Shown here piece by piece: positions 9,201 to 17,673 of a DNA stretch of 34,013 nt. Source of the stretch: an uncultured Atribacterota bacterium (GTDB lineage Bacteria; Atribacterota; Phoenicimicrobiia; Phoenicimicrobiales; Phoenicimicrobiaceae); assembly GCA_964632105.1 (NCBI GenBank), contig CAZWFH010000003.1, positions 1 through 34,013 on the forward strand, given 5' to 3'. Under the pieces are notes generated by a model. That model was not told the origin of the DNA, ran no database searches, and worked only from the letters and a program-made list of their open reading frames with translations. The translations under genes were made by a program, and so were the position numbers. Each line of letters begins with the position of its first letter. Positions within the stretch are counted from its first letter, which is position 1.

Positions 9201-10047
9201 AAGAACAGAAGGTGTTATCCTTAGTGGTAATTACTGGCATGTAAAAGGTATTGATTTTACTCGTACAGCAGGCAATACTAAAGGTTTTGTTGTAGGCGGA
9301 AGTTATAACATTATTGAACGTTGTAGATTCTTTGAAAATGGTGACACAGGTCTACAAATAAGCCGTACAGACATAACTGAAAACGATAAGTCAAAATGGC
9401 CATCAAATAACCTTATTTTACACAACATTTCATTTGATAACCGTGACCCATCTGAGAATAATGCTGATGGATTTGCTGCAAAACTTACATCAGGTGTAGG
9501 TAATGTGTTCAGAGGTAATATTTCTCATAACAATATTGATGATGGTTGGGATTTATACACTAAAGCAGGTACTGGTGCAATAGGAGCAGTTATTTTAGAT
9601 GATAACATCTCATTTAATAATGGTTTCTTAACAGATGGTACTGTAGGTAGTGGTGACAAAAATGGATTTAAACTTGGTGGAGAAGGTATTCATGTACCTC
9701 ATATTATTAGAAACAGTATAGCTTTTGGTAATGGTGCGATTGGTTTCACAAGCAATAGTAATCCTGGTGTTATAGCTGAAAACAACATCTCATTTAATAA
9801 TGATAGTGGAAATTTAGTCTTTACAACATATTCAAATATAACCCCAGATTTTACAATTGATGGATTTTATTCGTACCAACAAGAAAGCACTGCAAAAGAT
9901 AATTATCCAGCCGATTTAAGTTCAGATTCTAATTATTTTTTTAATGGAACTCATTCTGAAAACAAATCGGGTAAACAACTTAATTATGATGATCTAATGA
10001 AAATGGTATTAGAAATGGTATTAGAATTAATAGAGACTATTCTTTAA
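6268..10047 (+). CDS. Secreted multidomain pectate lyase (PL9-like right-handed beta-helix) with two ConA/LamG-like modules and four Ig-like repeats
   Basis: Sec signal MLKSKTILILILAISLVMVMFSFGFA-AE. The C-terminal region IYVSPAGTSEGNGSEENPLDIDTAI..., NADGFAAK, DDGWDLY and GDKNGFKLGG resembles the PL9/DUF1565 beta-helix. The family was assigned from memory of motifs. Confidence 0.65.
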   Translation: MLKSKTILILILAISLVMVMFSFGFAAEKQFLATATGDWEDSFFGDVGGNDKITEENYEITENEDGTVTMRVSNNRGKIASSTEGLAYYFKELPADLNFEMSATATVESFEINNQVSFGLMLRDEVLINEYNKDTFGNSLAVGPINVKKDMPQISFNRTESGLVKQGDMINEVVPGPGSVYDLSIKKSGNIFILTFGNEEPVVLENFVFEGDKLYAGLYAVRNTTVVFSDFDIKVNARKVSELKMDTSLMKIEYLLEESLDLTGIEVAAVYSDGSEVVLSEEDYIVTGFDSNEAGINTISINFNGVTKTIDLTINSLTCTGLEIKYFPAKSDYYIGDQFDPEGLVVIADYNDGYKAEELTSELYTLSISGEDVSDYVFDTSGTKSVTVTSTETPETSIAFDVEVSDAVITGLEIIKLPKVTLYYLGDELDLDGMIVYASYSDGNEARLMKDEYTVSALDTTNPSEKEVIISHKGKTAVLTLTVKEKEFVGIEITNYSKTTYYTGEAFGVAGLEVSKVYDNLDKEVLNKNDYTVDSSAFNGSEVGTYDIVIVPNDTSIDPIVYKVTVREQTEFEWNFRFFGQSSSSSKNFCEEREDGTIWLQALEGGGKVTGDHDGISFYYTEIDAAKDNFVLSADIKVVEYAKKPHDGQESFGIMARDATNKHGDSSVFASNIVAIGGYSGRTTNPNGTQVFIRTGIESSDGAGSQGIQSIMLKDEKPVTKNTYPAADYRLRLAKTNSGFTGQLNDGEEVIFFEPEILNVQDSKIYVGFYTARIATIEVSNIKFNVTAAKTDAPQIEPPVEAVTPEFEFLSLDKVSKTEYDLMVRSNVKGTVTVKQDQEVIAQEVEVEAGKILVIPTTIGANSDNGFSITFLPEDTQYLTSYDKIVNNYTVTMKTFVEGGDIYVSPAGTSEGNGSEENPLDIDTAIDFVKEGQKIIVLNGHYVRNSNIEIRKYNDGRVDAMKYLVAGEGAKPVFDFDKRTEGVILSGNYWHVKGIDFTRTAGNTKGFVVGGSYNIIERCRFFENGDTGLQISRTDITENDKSKWPSNNLILHNISFDNRDPSENNADGFAAKLTSGVGNVFRGNISHNNIDDGWDLYTKAGTGAIGAVILDDNISFNNGFLTDGTVGSGDKNGFKLGGEGIHVPHIIRNSIAFGNGAIGFTSNSNPGVIAENNISFNNDSGNLVFTTYSNITPDFTIDGFYSYQQESTAKDNYPADLSSDSNYFFNGTHSENKSGKQLNYDDLMKMVLEMVLELIETIL
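6985..7970 (+). repeat. Four tandem coding repeats (about 75-90 aa each) of a bacterial Ig-like domain
   Basis: Recurrent pattern Y.GD/E..D..GL.V.A.YSDG.....L...DYTVSG.D....G...V. Approximate units are 6985-7215, 7216-7490, 7491-7725 and 7726-7970. Confidence 0.7.
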
Positions 10048-10063
10048 AATTCCAGCGGTAAAT

Positions 10064-10083
10064 CCCCGTCCGTAAGGGCGGGG
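10064..10083 (+). terminator. GC-rich hairpin with GTAA tetraloop after the lyase gene
   Basis: CCCCGTCC-GTAA-GGGCGGGG (one G:T pair) lies 17 nt after the stop. A T6 run follows only about 20 nt later, so terminator function is uncertain. Confidence 0.4.
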
Positions 10084-10124
10084 AGCTTCATTACAAGAAT
10101 TTTTTAAAAAATAGGAAGGAAAAG

Positions 10125-11558
10125 ATGAAGATGATTAAAGGCATTTATAATATAAATGATTATGGCGCTGTGGCTGATGATAAAACTCTGAATAGTGATG
10201 TGTTTGCTGCAGTAATTCGTGAGTGCTCTCAAGCCGGAGGTGGGACTATCTATATTCCGGCAGGCATCTTTCTTACCGGGCCAATTCAACTGAAAAGCAA
10301 TATTACCATTTACCTGGAAGCAGGAGCCAGGGTTAAATTTGTACAAAATATAGAGCATTATAATGTAATTATTGATAGATGGGAAGGTCTGGAGCAGGAG
10401 GTATATGCCCCTATGATAAATGGTCAAGGGCTGGAAAATATCACTATTATCGGCCGGGGTATTCTGGATGGTCAGGGTGAATACTGGTGGAACCTCTTTA
10501 ATAAAAAAGAGTTAAAGTATCATCGCCCCCGTTTTATTGGGTTTTTAAACTGCAATAATGTATTAATTGAGGGTATAAAACTGATTAATTCCCCAAGTTG
10601 GACTATTAATCCTATTAATTGTCGTAATGTGGTAGTAAATAAAGTTACTATCGAAAATCCTGCTATCTCACCCAATACTGATGGTATCAACCCGAGTTCT
10701 TGTAAGAATGTCCATATATCCGATTGTCATATAGATGTAGGGGATGATTGTATTGCCATTAAATCCGGTACAGAGCAGTGTAATAATTTAATACCTTGCG
10801 AAAATATTACTATTAGTAACTGTACTATGGTCCACGGCCATGGAGGTGTTGTTATCGGAAGCGAGACGAGTGGTGATATAAGAAATGTTGTAATATCCAA
10901 TTGTGTTTTTGAAGGAACTGATCGGGGAATAAGAATAAAGTCCAGAAGGGGTCGGGGTGGTGTTGTTGAAGACATCAGAGTAAATAATATAGTTATGAAA
11001 AGGGTTATCTGTCCCTTTATCATTAATTTGTATTATTATTGTGGAGAGGGTGGTAAGGATAAAATAGTCTGGGATAAGAATGAATACCCGGTAAATGAAG
11101 GGACTCCGGTTATCAGAAGAATACATTTTAGCAATATTACAGCCAGGGGTATAATTGCTACTGCTGCCTTTATATACGGACTTCCTGAAATGCCTGTAGA
11201 AGATATTACCTTTGATAATGTATCAGTTAATCTTGCAGAGGATTCAGCGCCTGCCATTCCAGCCATGATAAGTCATTTAAAACCCATTAACCATCAGGGT
11301 TTTTATTGTAATAATTTCAGGAATATAAAATTTAATAATATAAAGATTGGTGGGCATGAAGGACCTGCTTTTGAAATGATAAAGGGTAAAAATATAGAAT
11401 TTACGGGATGTGAGGTTGAAAATTGTGGGAATAGTAATCCGGTTATTGTTTTAGAAGAGATTGACCAAGCTTATATATTCAGCAATAAACAGTCAAAACA
11501 AAATGATAATTTTCTTTATTTGAGAGGTTCCGGGAATAAGGGTATTGATTTTGGCTAA
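10125..11558 (+). CDS. GH28 polygalacturonase (probably exo-acting, cytoplasmic)
   Basis: All four GH28 signature blocks are present: NTDGINP, GDDCIAIKSG, GHGGVVIGSE and RGIRIKS. There is no signal peptide. Confidence 0.85.
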   Translation: MKMIKGIYNINDYGAVADDKTLNSDVFAAVIRECSQAGGGTIYIPAGIFLTGPIQLKSNITIYLEAGARVKFVQNIEHYNVIIDRWEGLEQEVYAPMINGQGLENITIIGRGILDGQGEYWWNLFNKKELKYHRPRFIGFLNCNNVLIEGIKLINSPSWTINPINCRNVVVNKVTIENPAISPNTDGINPSSCKNVHISDCHIDVGDDCIAIKSGTEQCNNLIPCENITISNCTMVHGHGGVVIGSETSGDIRNVVISNCVFEGTDRGIRIKSRRGRGGVVEDIRVNNIVMKRVICPFIINLYYYCGEGGKDKIVWDKNEYPVNEGTPVIRRIHFSNITARGIIATAAFIYGLPEMPVEDITFDNVSVNLAEDSAPAIPAMISHLKPINHQGFYCNNFRNIKFNNIKIGGHEGPAFEMIKGKNIEFTGCEVENCGNSNPVIVLEEIDQAYIFSNKQSKQNDNFLYLRGSGNKGIDFG

Positions 11559-11705
11559 AAGAATATGGCCGTTAAGACAACTTACTCTTGTTTCCAGGAA
11601 ATATAAATAATTCATTTGACAGTGGAAGAATTATAATTATTCCTGTAGATATGATTGAAGCAATCATTATGTTTATGAAATTGCTTAAATTAGGGGGTTT
11701 AGTCG

Positions 11706-12899
11706 ATGAAACCTATTACCATTGTGTTAATCGGTATTGGTGGTTATGGAAATTTTTATGTCCGGTCTTTACTGGATAACAAAGGAGTATGCAACTTTAA
11801 GATTGCAGGAGCTGTAGACCCCTATCCAGAAGGCTGCCAGAGATTGCACGAGTTAAAGGAATTAAACATCCCTATTTTTTCTTCCATGGAAGAATTTTAT
11901 AGCAAGGGCAATGTTGACCTGGCTATTATTTCTACCCCTATCCAATATCATACCGAACAAATTTGTTATTCACTAAATAGGGACTCTCATGTCTTATGTG
12001 AAAAACCTTTATGTGCTACAATTGAAGATGCAAAGGAAATAATTAAGATTGAGAAAAGTAAAAACAAAATTGTTGCTATAGGTTACCAGTGGTCTTTTAG
12101 TGAAGCTATTCAGGAGCTAAAACATGATATAATATCAGGTAAATTTGGGAAGCCTAAACGGTTAAAAACACTGGTACTGTGGCCCAGGGATTTTGCTTAT
12201 TATAATAGAAATAGCTGGGCAGGCCGGAAGCAGGATAGTGCAGGAAACTGGGTACTGGATAGTGTGGCCAGTAATGCAACATCCCACTTTCTGCATAATA
12301 TGTTTTATCTATTAGGAAAAGAAATTAATCAAAGTACACATCCGGCTCTGGTACTGGCAGAACTATACCGTGCTAATAAGATTGAAAACTATGATACTGC
12401 TTTTGTCAGAGTAATGACTACGGAAAATGTAGAACTCTTCTTTTATGCAACCCATGCTGTCGAAGAAAGAGTAGGGCCAAAGTTTTACTTTGAATTTGAA
12501 AAGGCTTCTGTTATTTATAACCAGAATTCAGATAATAAAGAGATTATTGCCATATTCAATAATGGAGAAAAAAAGATATATGGTGACCCCTTCAAAAATA
12601 AGGATAGTAAATTATGGTCTACTCTTAATACTGTTAGTGAGGGCGGGAAAACGGTTTGCGGTCCTCAGGCTTCTCTTGCTCAGGTTATCTGTATAAATAA
12701 AATACAGGAATCGGCTCCTGAGATTACAAATTTTCCGGATAATCTAATTAAACCGGTAAGTAAAAACGGAGAAAAGGTTGCTATCTATGTAGAGGGTTTA
12801 AAATATGATATGGAATATTGTTATGGTAGCTGGAAATTACCTCATGAATTAGGTATATCCTGGTCTCGTACCGGTAGGATAGTGTCAAGTAAGCTATAA
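11706..12899 (+). CDS. Gfo/Idh/MocA family NAD(P)-dependent oxidoreductase
   Basis: N-terminal Rossmann motif IVLIGIGGYGNFY, EKP motif HVLCEKPL, 397 aa. Substrate unknown. Confidence 0.7.
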   Translation: MKPITIVLIGIGGYGNFYVRSLLDNKGVCNFKIAGAVDPYPEGCQRLHELKELNIPIFSSMEEFYSKGNVDLAIISTPIQYHTEQICYSLNRDSHVLCEKPLCATIEDAKEIIKIEKSKNKIVAIGYQWSFSEAIQELKHDIISGKFGKPKRLKTLVLWPRDFAYYNRNSWAGRKQDSAGNWVLDSVASNATSHFLHNMFYLLGKEINQSTHPALVLAELYRANKIENYDTAFVRVMTTENVELFFYATHAVEERVGPKFYFEFEKASVIYNQNSDNKEIIAIFNNGEKKIYGDPFKNKDSKLWSTLNTVSEGGKTVCGPQASLAQVICINKIQESAPEITNFPDNLIKPVSKNGEKVAIYVEGLKYDMEYCYGSWKLPHELGISWSRTGRIVSSKL

Positions 12900-12994
12900 A
12901 AAATATGAATTTAGTTATGTTAATGAATGTTCAAAAGGGCTTCATTCCTATAGTGAAATAGAGTTTAAAAAGACAATTTGTAAGAGGTTTGACT

Positions 12995-14023
12995 ATGTTG
13001 GAAGATGACAGGGAAACAATAAGAGTTTGCATTATTGGTGATACCGGCCATACCGGTTATGTTTTAGAAGGAATAAAAAAGGATTTGTCAATAAGAATAG
13101 CTGGAATTGCCAGGGGTTCAAAAGGAGAGGAAATAAAGGATTTTCATAACAAACTAAATAAGGAATTTGATTATGATATTCCGTTATATGATAATTACCG
13201 GGAAATGTTAAGGGTTGTAAAACCGGATATTGCAGCAATTGCTTGTTACTTTGGAGATCATGCCCGGGTTACAGTGGAAGCATTAGAAAGGTCTATAAAT
13301 GTTTTTGTAGAAAAACCTATTGCTACCACCTTTGAAGAATTAGAGCAGATTAAAAACGTTTATAAAAAAGCCGGTGTAAATCTGGCTGTAATGTTTGGTA
13401 CAAGGTATTACCCCTGGTTTTATATTGCCCGGGAGAAGGTGCTGGAAGGGGCTGTGGGTACGATTCGTCTTCTATTAGCTCAGAAATCATATAAGCTTGG
13501 TTCACGTGGAACTCATTATCAGAAACGTGATACATATGGAGGGACAATACCCTGGGTTGGTAGTCATGCCATTGATTGGCTTTACTGGTTTAGTGGTGAA
13601 AAATTTGAATCGGTTGTTGCTCATCATTCTAAAAAGTATAATCGTAATCATGGGGAGCTAGAAGTCACAGCTGTCTGCCAGTTTAAAATGACCAATGAAG
13701 TTTACGGAATGGTATCTATAGATTATCTCCGTCCGAAAACGGCACTTGGTCATAGTGATGACCGGCTTCGGGTAGTCGGTACGAAAGGAATAATAGAAGT
13801 GGCCAACAATAAGGTTTTTATTATTAATAAAGACTGCCAGGGGCTTCAGGAACTACCTGTACCCTCTGCTGGAGGGCAAATCTTTCTGGATTTTGTTAAG
13901 CAAATAAGGGGCAGAGGTAGCTGTCTGGTTAGTGCTGAAGATGCTTTTTACATTACTGATTCATGTTTAAAAGCCCGACAATCTGCTGATGAGCAGAGGA
14001 TTATATATTTCAATAAAGATTAG
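12995..14023 (+). CDS. Gfo/Idh/MocA family oxidoreductase
   Basis: IRVCIIGDTGHTGY Rossmann motif and VFVEKPI motif. ATG 12995 is preferred over the track start TTG 12989 because AGAGG lies 7 nt upstream. Confidence 0.7.
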   Translation: MLEDDRETIRVCIIGDTGHTGYVLEGIKKDLSIRIAGIARGSKGEEIKDFHNKLNKEFDYDIPLYDNYREMLRVVKPDIAAIACYFGDHARVTVEALERSINVFVEKPIATTFEELEQIKNVYKKAGVNLAVMFGTRYYPWFYIAREKVLEGAVGTIRLLLAQKSYKLGSRGTHYQKRDTYGGTIPWVGSHAIDWLYWFSGEKFESVVAHHSKKYNRNHGELEVTAVCQFKMTNEVYGMVSIDYLRPKTALGHSDDRLRVVGTKGIIEVANNKVFIINKDCQGLQELPVPSAGGQIFLDFVKQIRGRGSCLVSAEDAFYITDSCLKARQSADEQRIIYFNKD

Positions 14024-14068
14024 GAAAAATTAAATAAAAAAGTATAACATCTTATATAAACAAGTAAA

Positions 14069-14230
14069 ATTTCACCGCCATTCCCAAAATATCAAAATGA
14101 AGTACTGGATTCTTATGCAAAGATTCATCAAAAGGTAGCATTTAGAATGATGACTGTTGATGAAGCTGCAAAACAGGTTAGAGAGATGAATGAGGCAGCT
14201 GCGATTAGGGTTATATTAGATTATAATTAA
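14069..14230 (+). pseudogene. Relic of the 3' end of an ABC solute-binding protein gene
   Basis: The open frame ISPPFPKYQNEVLDSYAKIHQKVAFRMMTVDEAAKQVREMNEAAAIRVILDYN* has the typical SBP C-terminal helix (...TVDEAAKQ...). It has no upstream body and is preceded by TAA at 14066-14068. Confidence 0.5.
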
Positions 14231-14247
14231 AGGAAGATTAATTAAAA

Positions 14248-15648
14248 ATGAAATATATTAAAGATAAAGTAGAGAATATAAATATTGCATATATTGGTGG
14301 AGGTTCAATGGGATGGGCCTGGGGAATTATGAGTGATCTGGCATTAGAAGAGAGCCTTTCAGGTACTATAAAATTATTTGATATTAACTATGAAGCTGCG
14401 TATGCCAATGAAATTATTGGTAATAAACTTTTAAAAAGAAATGAAGTTAAAGGAAAGTGGAAATATAAAGCAGTTAAAAGTCTAAAAGAGGCAATTTTAA
14501 AGGCTGATATTGTTTTTATATCTATACTCCCTGGGACATTTCAGGAAATGAAGAGTGATGTTCATTTACCAGAGAAATATGGTATTTATCAATCAGTTGG
14601 AGATACCGTTGGTCCTGGTGGCATTGTCAGGGCATTAAGAGCTATACCTATGTTTATAGAATTTGCCAGGGCTATTAAGGAATATTGCCCTGAAGCATGG
14701 ATTATTAATTATACTAATCCTATGTCTGTCCTGGTTAGAACTCTTTATAAGGTATTTCCAGAGATAAAAGCCTTTGGATGCTGTCATGAAGTATTTGGGA
14801 CACAAAAACTTCTAACTATGATGTTAAAAGAGATGCGGGGAATAAATGGGATTAGCAGAGAAGAAATTAAAGTAAATATACTAGGTATAAATCATTTTAC
14901 CTGGATTAATAGAGCTTCATATAAGGGTATTAATTTAATACCATTGTATTCAGAATTTGTAGATAAATATTATGAAGATGGTTATGAGCAATCAGAAAAG
15001 GGATATTGGATGAATGATTATTTTTCTTCGGCTGAACTTGTAAAATTTGACCTTTTTAGACGTTTTGGATTAATAGCTGCTGCAGGAGATAGGCATCTGG
15101 CCGAGTTTGTACCGGGCACATGGTATCTAAAGGATCCAGAAACCGTAAAAAGATGGAAATTCAGCCTTACCCCAGTAGACTGGAGGATAGAGCATAAAAA
15201 AGAGTTAAAGGAGAAGAGTAGAAGACTTGTTAATGGTGAGGAAGAATTTGAATTAAAACCTTCAGGTGAAGAAAATGTTAAACAAATTAAAGCTCTGTTA
15301 GGTTTAGGCGATTTAATTACTAATGTAAATATTCCTAACATCGGGCAAATAAATAATTTGCCCGATAAAGTTATTGTGGAAACAAATGCTGTATTTAGAA
15401 GGGATAGAATTGAACCGGTAATAGCTGGGAAACTACCAGAAGAATTACTAAACTTAATTATTACTCATGTTTTAAATCAAGAAACGCTATTGAAAGCTGT
15501 TTTGACCAAAGATAAGGAATTAGCATTTAGAGTATTTTTAAATGATCCCCAGATAATGAGATTAGACATTAGTGATGCTAGAGATTTATTTATAAAAATG
15601 TTGGAAAATGTAAAAGAATATTTAATTTTTAAAAAATTAAAATTATGA
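14248..15648 (+). CDS. GH4 NAD+/Mn2+-dependent glycosidase, LplD-like (alpha-galacturonidase candidate)
   Basis: IAYIGGGSMGWAWGIMSDL, GIYQSVGDTVGPGG and INYTNPMSVLVRTLYKVFPEIKAFGCCHEV closely follow the GH4/LplD pattern. Confidence 0.75.
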   Translation: MKYIKDKVENINIAYIGGGSMGWAWGIMSDLALEESLSGTIKLFDINYEAAYANEIIGNKLLKRNEVKGKWKYKAVKSLKEAILKADIVFISILPGTFQEMKSDVHLPEKYGIYQSVGDTVGPGGIVRALRAIPMFIEFARAIKEYCPEAWIINYTNPMSVLVRTLYKVFPEIKAFGCCHEVFGTQKLLTMMLKEMRGINGISREEIKVNILGINHFTWINRASYKGINLIPLYSEFVDKYYEDGYEQSEKGYWMNDYFSSAELVKFDLFRRFGLIAAAGDRHLAEFVPGTWYLKDPETVKRWKFSLTPVDWRIEHKKELKEKSRRLVNGEEEFELKPSGEENVKQIKALLGLGDLITNVNIPNIGQINNLPDKVIVETNAVFRRDRIEPVIAGKLPEELLNLIITHVLNQETLLKAVLTKDKELAFRVFLNDPQIMRLDISDARDLFIKMLENVKEYLIFKKLKL

Positions 15649-15660
15649 AAAGTTGGTAAA

Positions 15661-17661
15661 ATGAAAAAGAAATATATTTCTATCCAGGGAATAACCCTTC
15701 CTTTCTATCGCTGTCATACTTTAATTATTGGTTCAGGAGCTGCTTCCTTAAATTGTGCCCTTCATCTGCATAATTTTGGCCTTAAAGATATAGTAATCGT
15801 TACTGAATGTTTAGGAGGAGGTACTTCTAACAATTCTGGATCGGATAAGCAAACTTATTATAAACTTTCTCTTTTTGGCCAAGAAAGAGATTCAGTCTAC
15901 GCCATGGCCCAAACTCTATTTTCGGGTGGCTCTATGCATGGAGATATTGCTTTAGTGGAAGCTGCTCTTTCCCCCCAAGAATTTTTTCACTTAGTAGAGA
16001 TTGGTGTTCCCTTCCCTCATAATGTTTATGGTGGATATGTAGGATATAAAACTGATTATGATCCAAAACAACGAGCTACCTCAGCCGGTCCCTGGACATC
16101 TCAACAAATGTTTAAAAAATTATTAATACAAGTGCAAAAGGAAAAAATCCCTATCCTGGATAAATACGAAGTAATTTCTCTTCTAACCAACGGAAAAGGA
16201 GCGGAAAAAAGAGTAGTGGGGGCAATAGCTATTAATAAAAAGTTAGCTTCTACTGGGCTATCCTCTTTAGTTATTTTCCAAGCAGAGAATATTGTAATGG
16301 GAACTGGCGGTCCCGGTGGTTTATATAAAACTTCAGTTTATCCGGAAAAACATTTAGGTAGCACAGGTATCGCTTTGGAGGTGGGGGCAAGGGCGGTAAA
16401 TTTGACTGAATGGCAGTATGGTATTGCCTCTACTAAATTTCGTTGGAATTTATCCGGTACTTATCAGCAGGCTATTCCTTGTTACATTAGTACTAAATTA
16501 GATGGTTCAGACGAAAAGGAATTTTTAAATGAATATTTTCCCACCATGGGAAAGTTAGCTACTGCAATATTTCTCAAGGGGTATCAGTGGCCATTTGCTG
16601 TAGAGAAAATAAAAAATTACGGTTCCTCTTTAATCGATATTTTAGTGTATCAGGAAAATATTATTAAAGGACGTCGAGTTTTTCTTGATTTTAGAAAAAA
16701 TCCTACGGCAAACCAGAAATTAGAAGAGTTTAATCTAAATAATTTAGATGCCGAAGCTTATACTTATTTAAAAAAAGGAGAAGCACTTTTAGATACTCCT
16801 TTTGATCGTTTAAAACAGATGAATCCTTTAGCAGTGAATATTTACCGACAGCATGGGATTGACCTAAGTAAAGAACCTTTAGAAATAGCTGTTTGTGCCC
16901 AGCATAATAATGGAGGTTTAGTCGGTAATATTTGGTGGGAATCCAATATTAAACATTTATTTCCCATAGGAGAGGTAAATGGTAGCCATGGAGTTCATCG
17001 TCCCGGTGGTTCTGCTTTAAATTCTGGACAAGTAGGAGGTTTGCGAGCAGCGGAATTTATCTCTCAAAAATATTTTGATTTTACTTTAAATAAGAAAGAT
17101 TTTTTAGATCAAACTAAATTACAGATAGCCTCCAAATTAGAATTAACCCAAAAAGCCTTGCAGGGTGTACATAAATCAGGGCAAGATATGTCTTCTTTCC
17201 GTAGGGAATTTCAAGAAAGAATGACTAAATATGCCGCTCATATCAGGAACTTACAAGATATTAAAAGGTCCTTAAAAGAAGCCCAGACTCAATATAAGCA
17301 CTTAAATTCAGGGGAAATAAGTTTAAATGATAAGGCAGAAATAGTAGAATTTTTCCAGAATAGGCAGTTGTGCTTAACCCAAGTAGCAGTATTAAAGAGC
17401 ATAGAGGCCTACCTGGAGGGAGGCGGGGGGAGCCGAGGTTCTTATTTAGTTTTAGATAAGCAAGGAGAATTTATAAGTGAAAAATTAAATAAGCAATGGA
17501 AATATCGACCTGAGTTAGTGAAATGGCGAAAATTTATTTTAGAATATCAATATAGGGAAAGAACTCAGAAAATAAATTGGATTCCCGTGAGAGAAATTCC
17601 CCAGGATAAATTTTGGTTCGAAAAAGTATGGAAGTCCTATATAAATAAAGAAATTTATTGA
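15661..17661 (+). CDS. FAD-binding oxidoreductase of the SdhA/FrdA/NadB/AprA flavoprotein fold; substrate unknown
   Basis: LIIGSGAASLNCAL dinucleotide motif, GGGTSNNSGSDKQ, and the C-terminal block CAQHNNGGL...GEVNGSHGVHRPGGSALNSGQVGG. It starts 13 nt after the GH4 stop. Confidence 0.6.
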   Translation: MKKKYISIQGITLPFYRCHTLIIGSGAASLNCALHLHNFGLKDIVIVTECLGGGTSNNSGSDKQTYYKLSLFGQERDSVYAMAQTLFSGGSMHGDIALVEAALSPQEFFHLVEIGVPFPHNVYGGYVGYKTDYDPKQRATSAGPWTSQQMFKKLLIQVQKEKIPILDKYEVISLLTNGKGAEKRVVGAIAINKKLASTGLSSLVIFQAENIVMGTGGPGGLYKTSVYPEKHLGSTGIALEVGARAVNLTEWQYGIASTKFRWNLSGTYQQAIPCYISTKLDGSDEKEFLNEYFPTMGKLATAIFLKGYQWPFAVEKIKNYGSSLIDILVYQENIIKGRRVFLDFRKNPTANQKLEEFNLNNLDAEAYTYLKKGEALLDTPFDRLKQMNPLAVNIYRQHGIDLSKEPLEIAVCAQHNNGGLVGNIWWESNIKHLFPIGEVNGSHGVHRPGGSALNSGQVGGLRAAEFISQKYFDFTLNKKDFLDQTKLQIASKLELTQKALQGVHKSGQDMSSFRREFQERMTKYAAHIRNLQDIKRSLKEAQTQYKHLNSGEISLNDKAEIVEFFQNRQLCLTQVAVLKSIEAYLEGGGGSRGSYLVLDKQGEFISEKLNKQWKYRPELVKWRKFILEYQYRERTQKINWIPVREIPQDKFWFEKVWKSYINKEIY

Positions 17662-17673
17662 AAGAGAGAAATA

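Noticed and set aside
6268-10047. Horizontal acquisition of the lyase gene, judged from codon style (third positions looked more A/T-rich, with more GGT/GCT/GTA than the flanking genes).
   Set aside because: This is an impression only. Spot counts of GC in a few 60-nt lines overlapped with the neighbours, and I cannot compute codon statistics here. It is mentioned only as something to test under the ybeY-fragment finding.
11588-12696. The + strand ORFs 11588-11779 and 12490-12696.
   Set aside because: Both overlap the Gfo/Idh/MocA gene 11706-12899 out of frame. They have no RBS and no motif, and their sequences are low-complexity. They are spurious.
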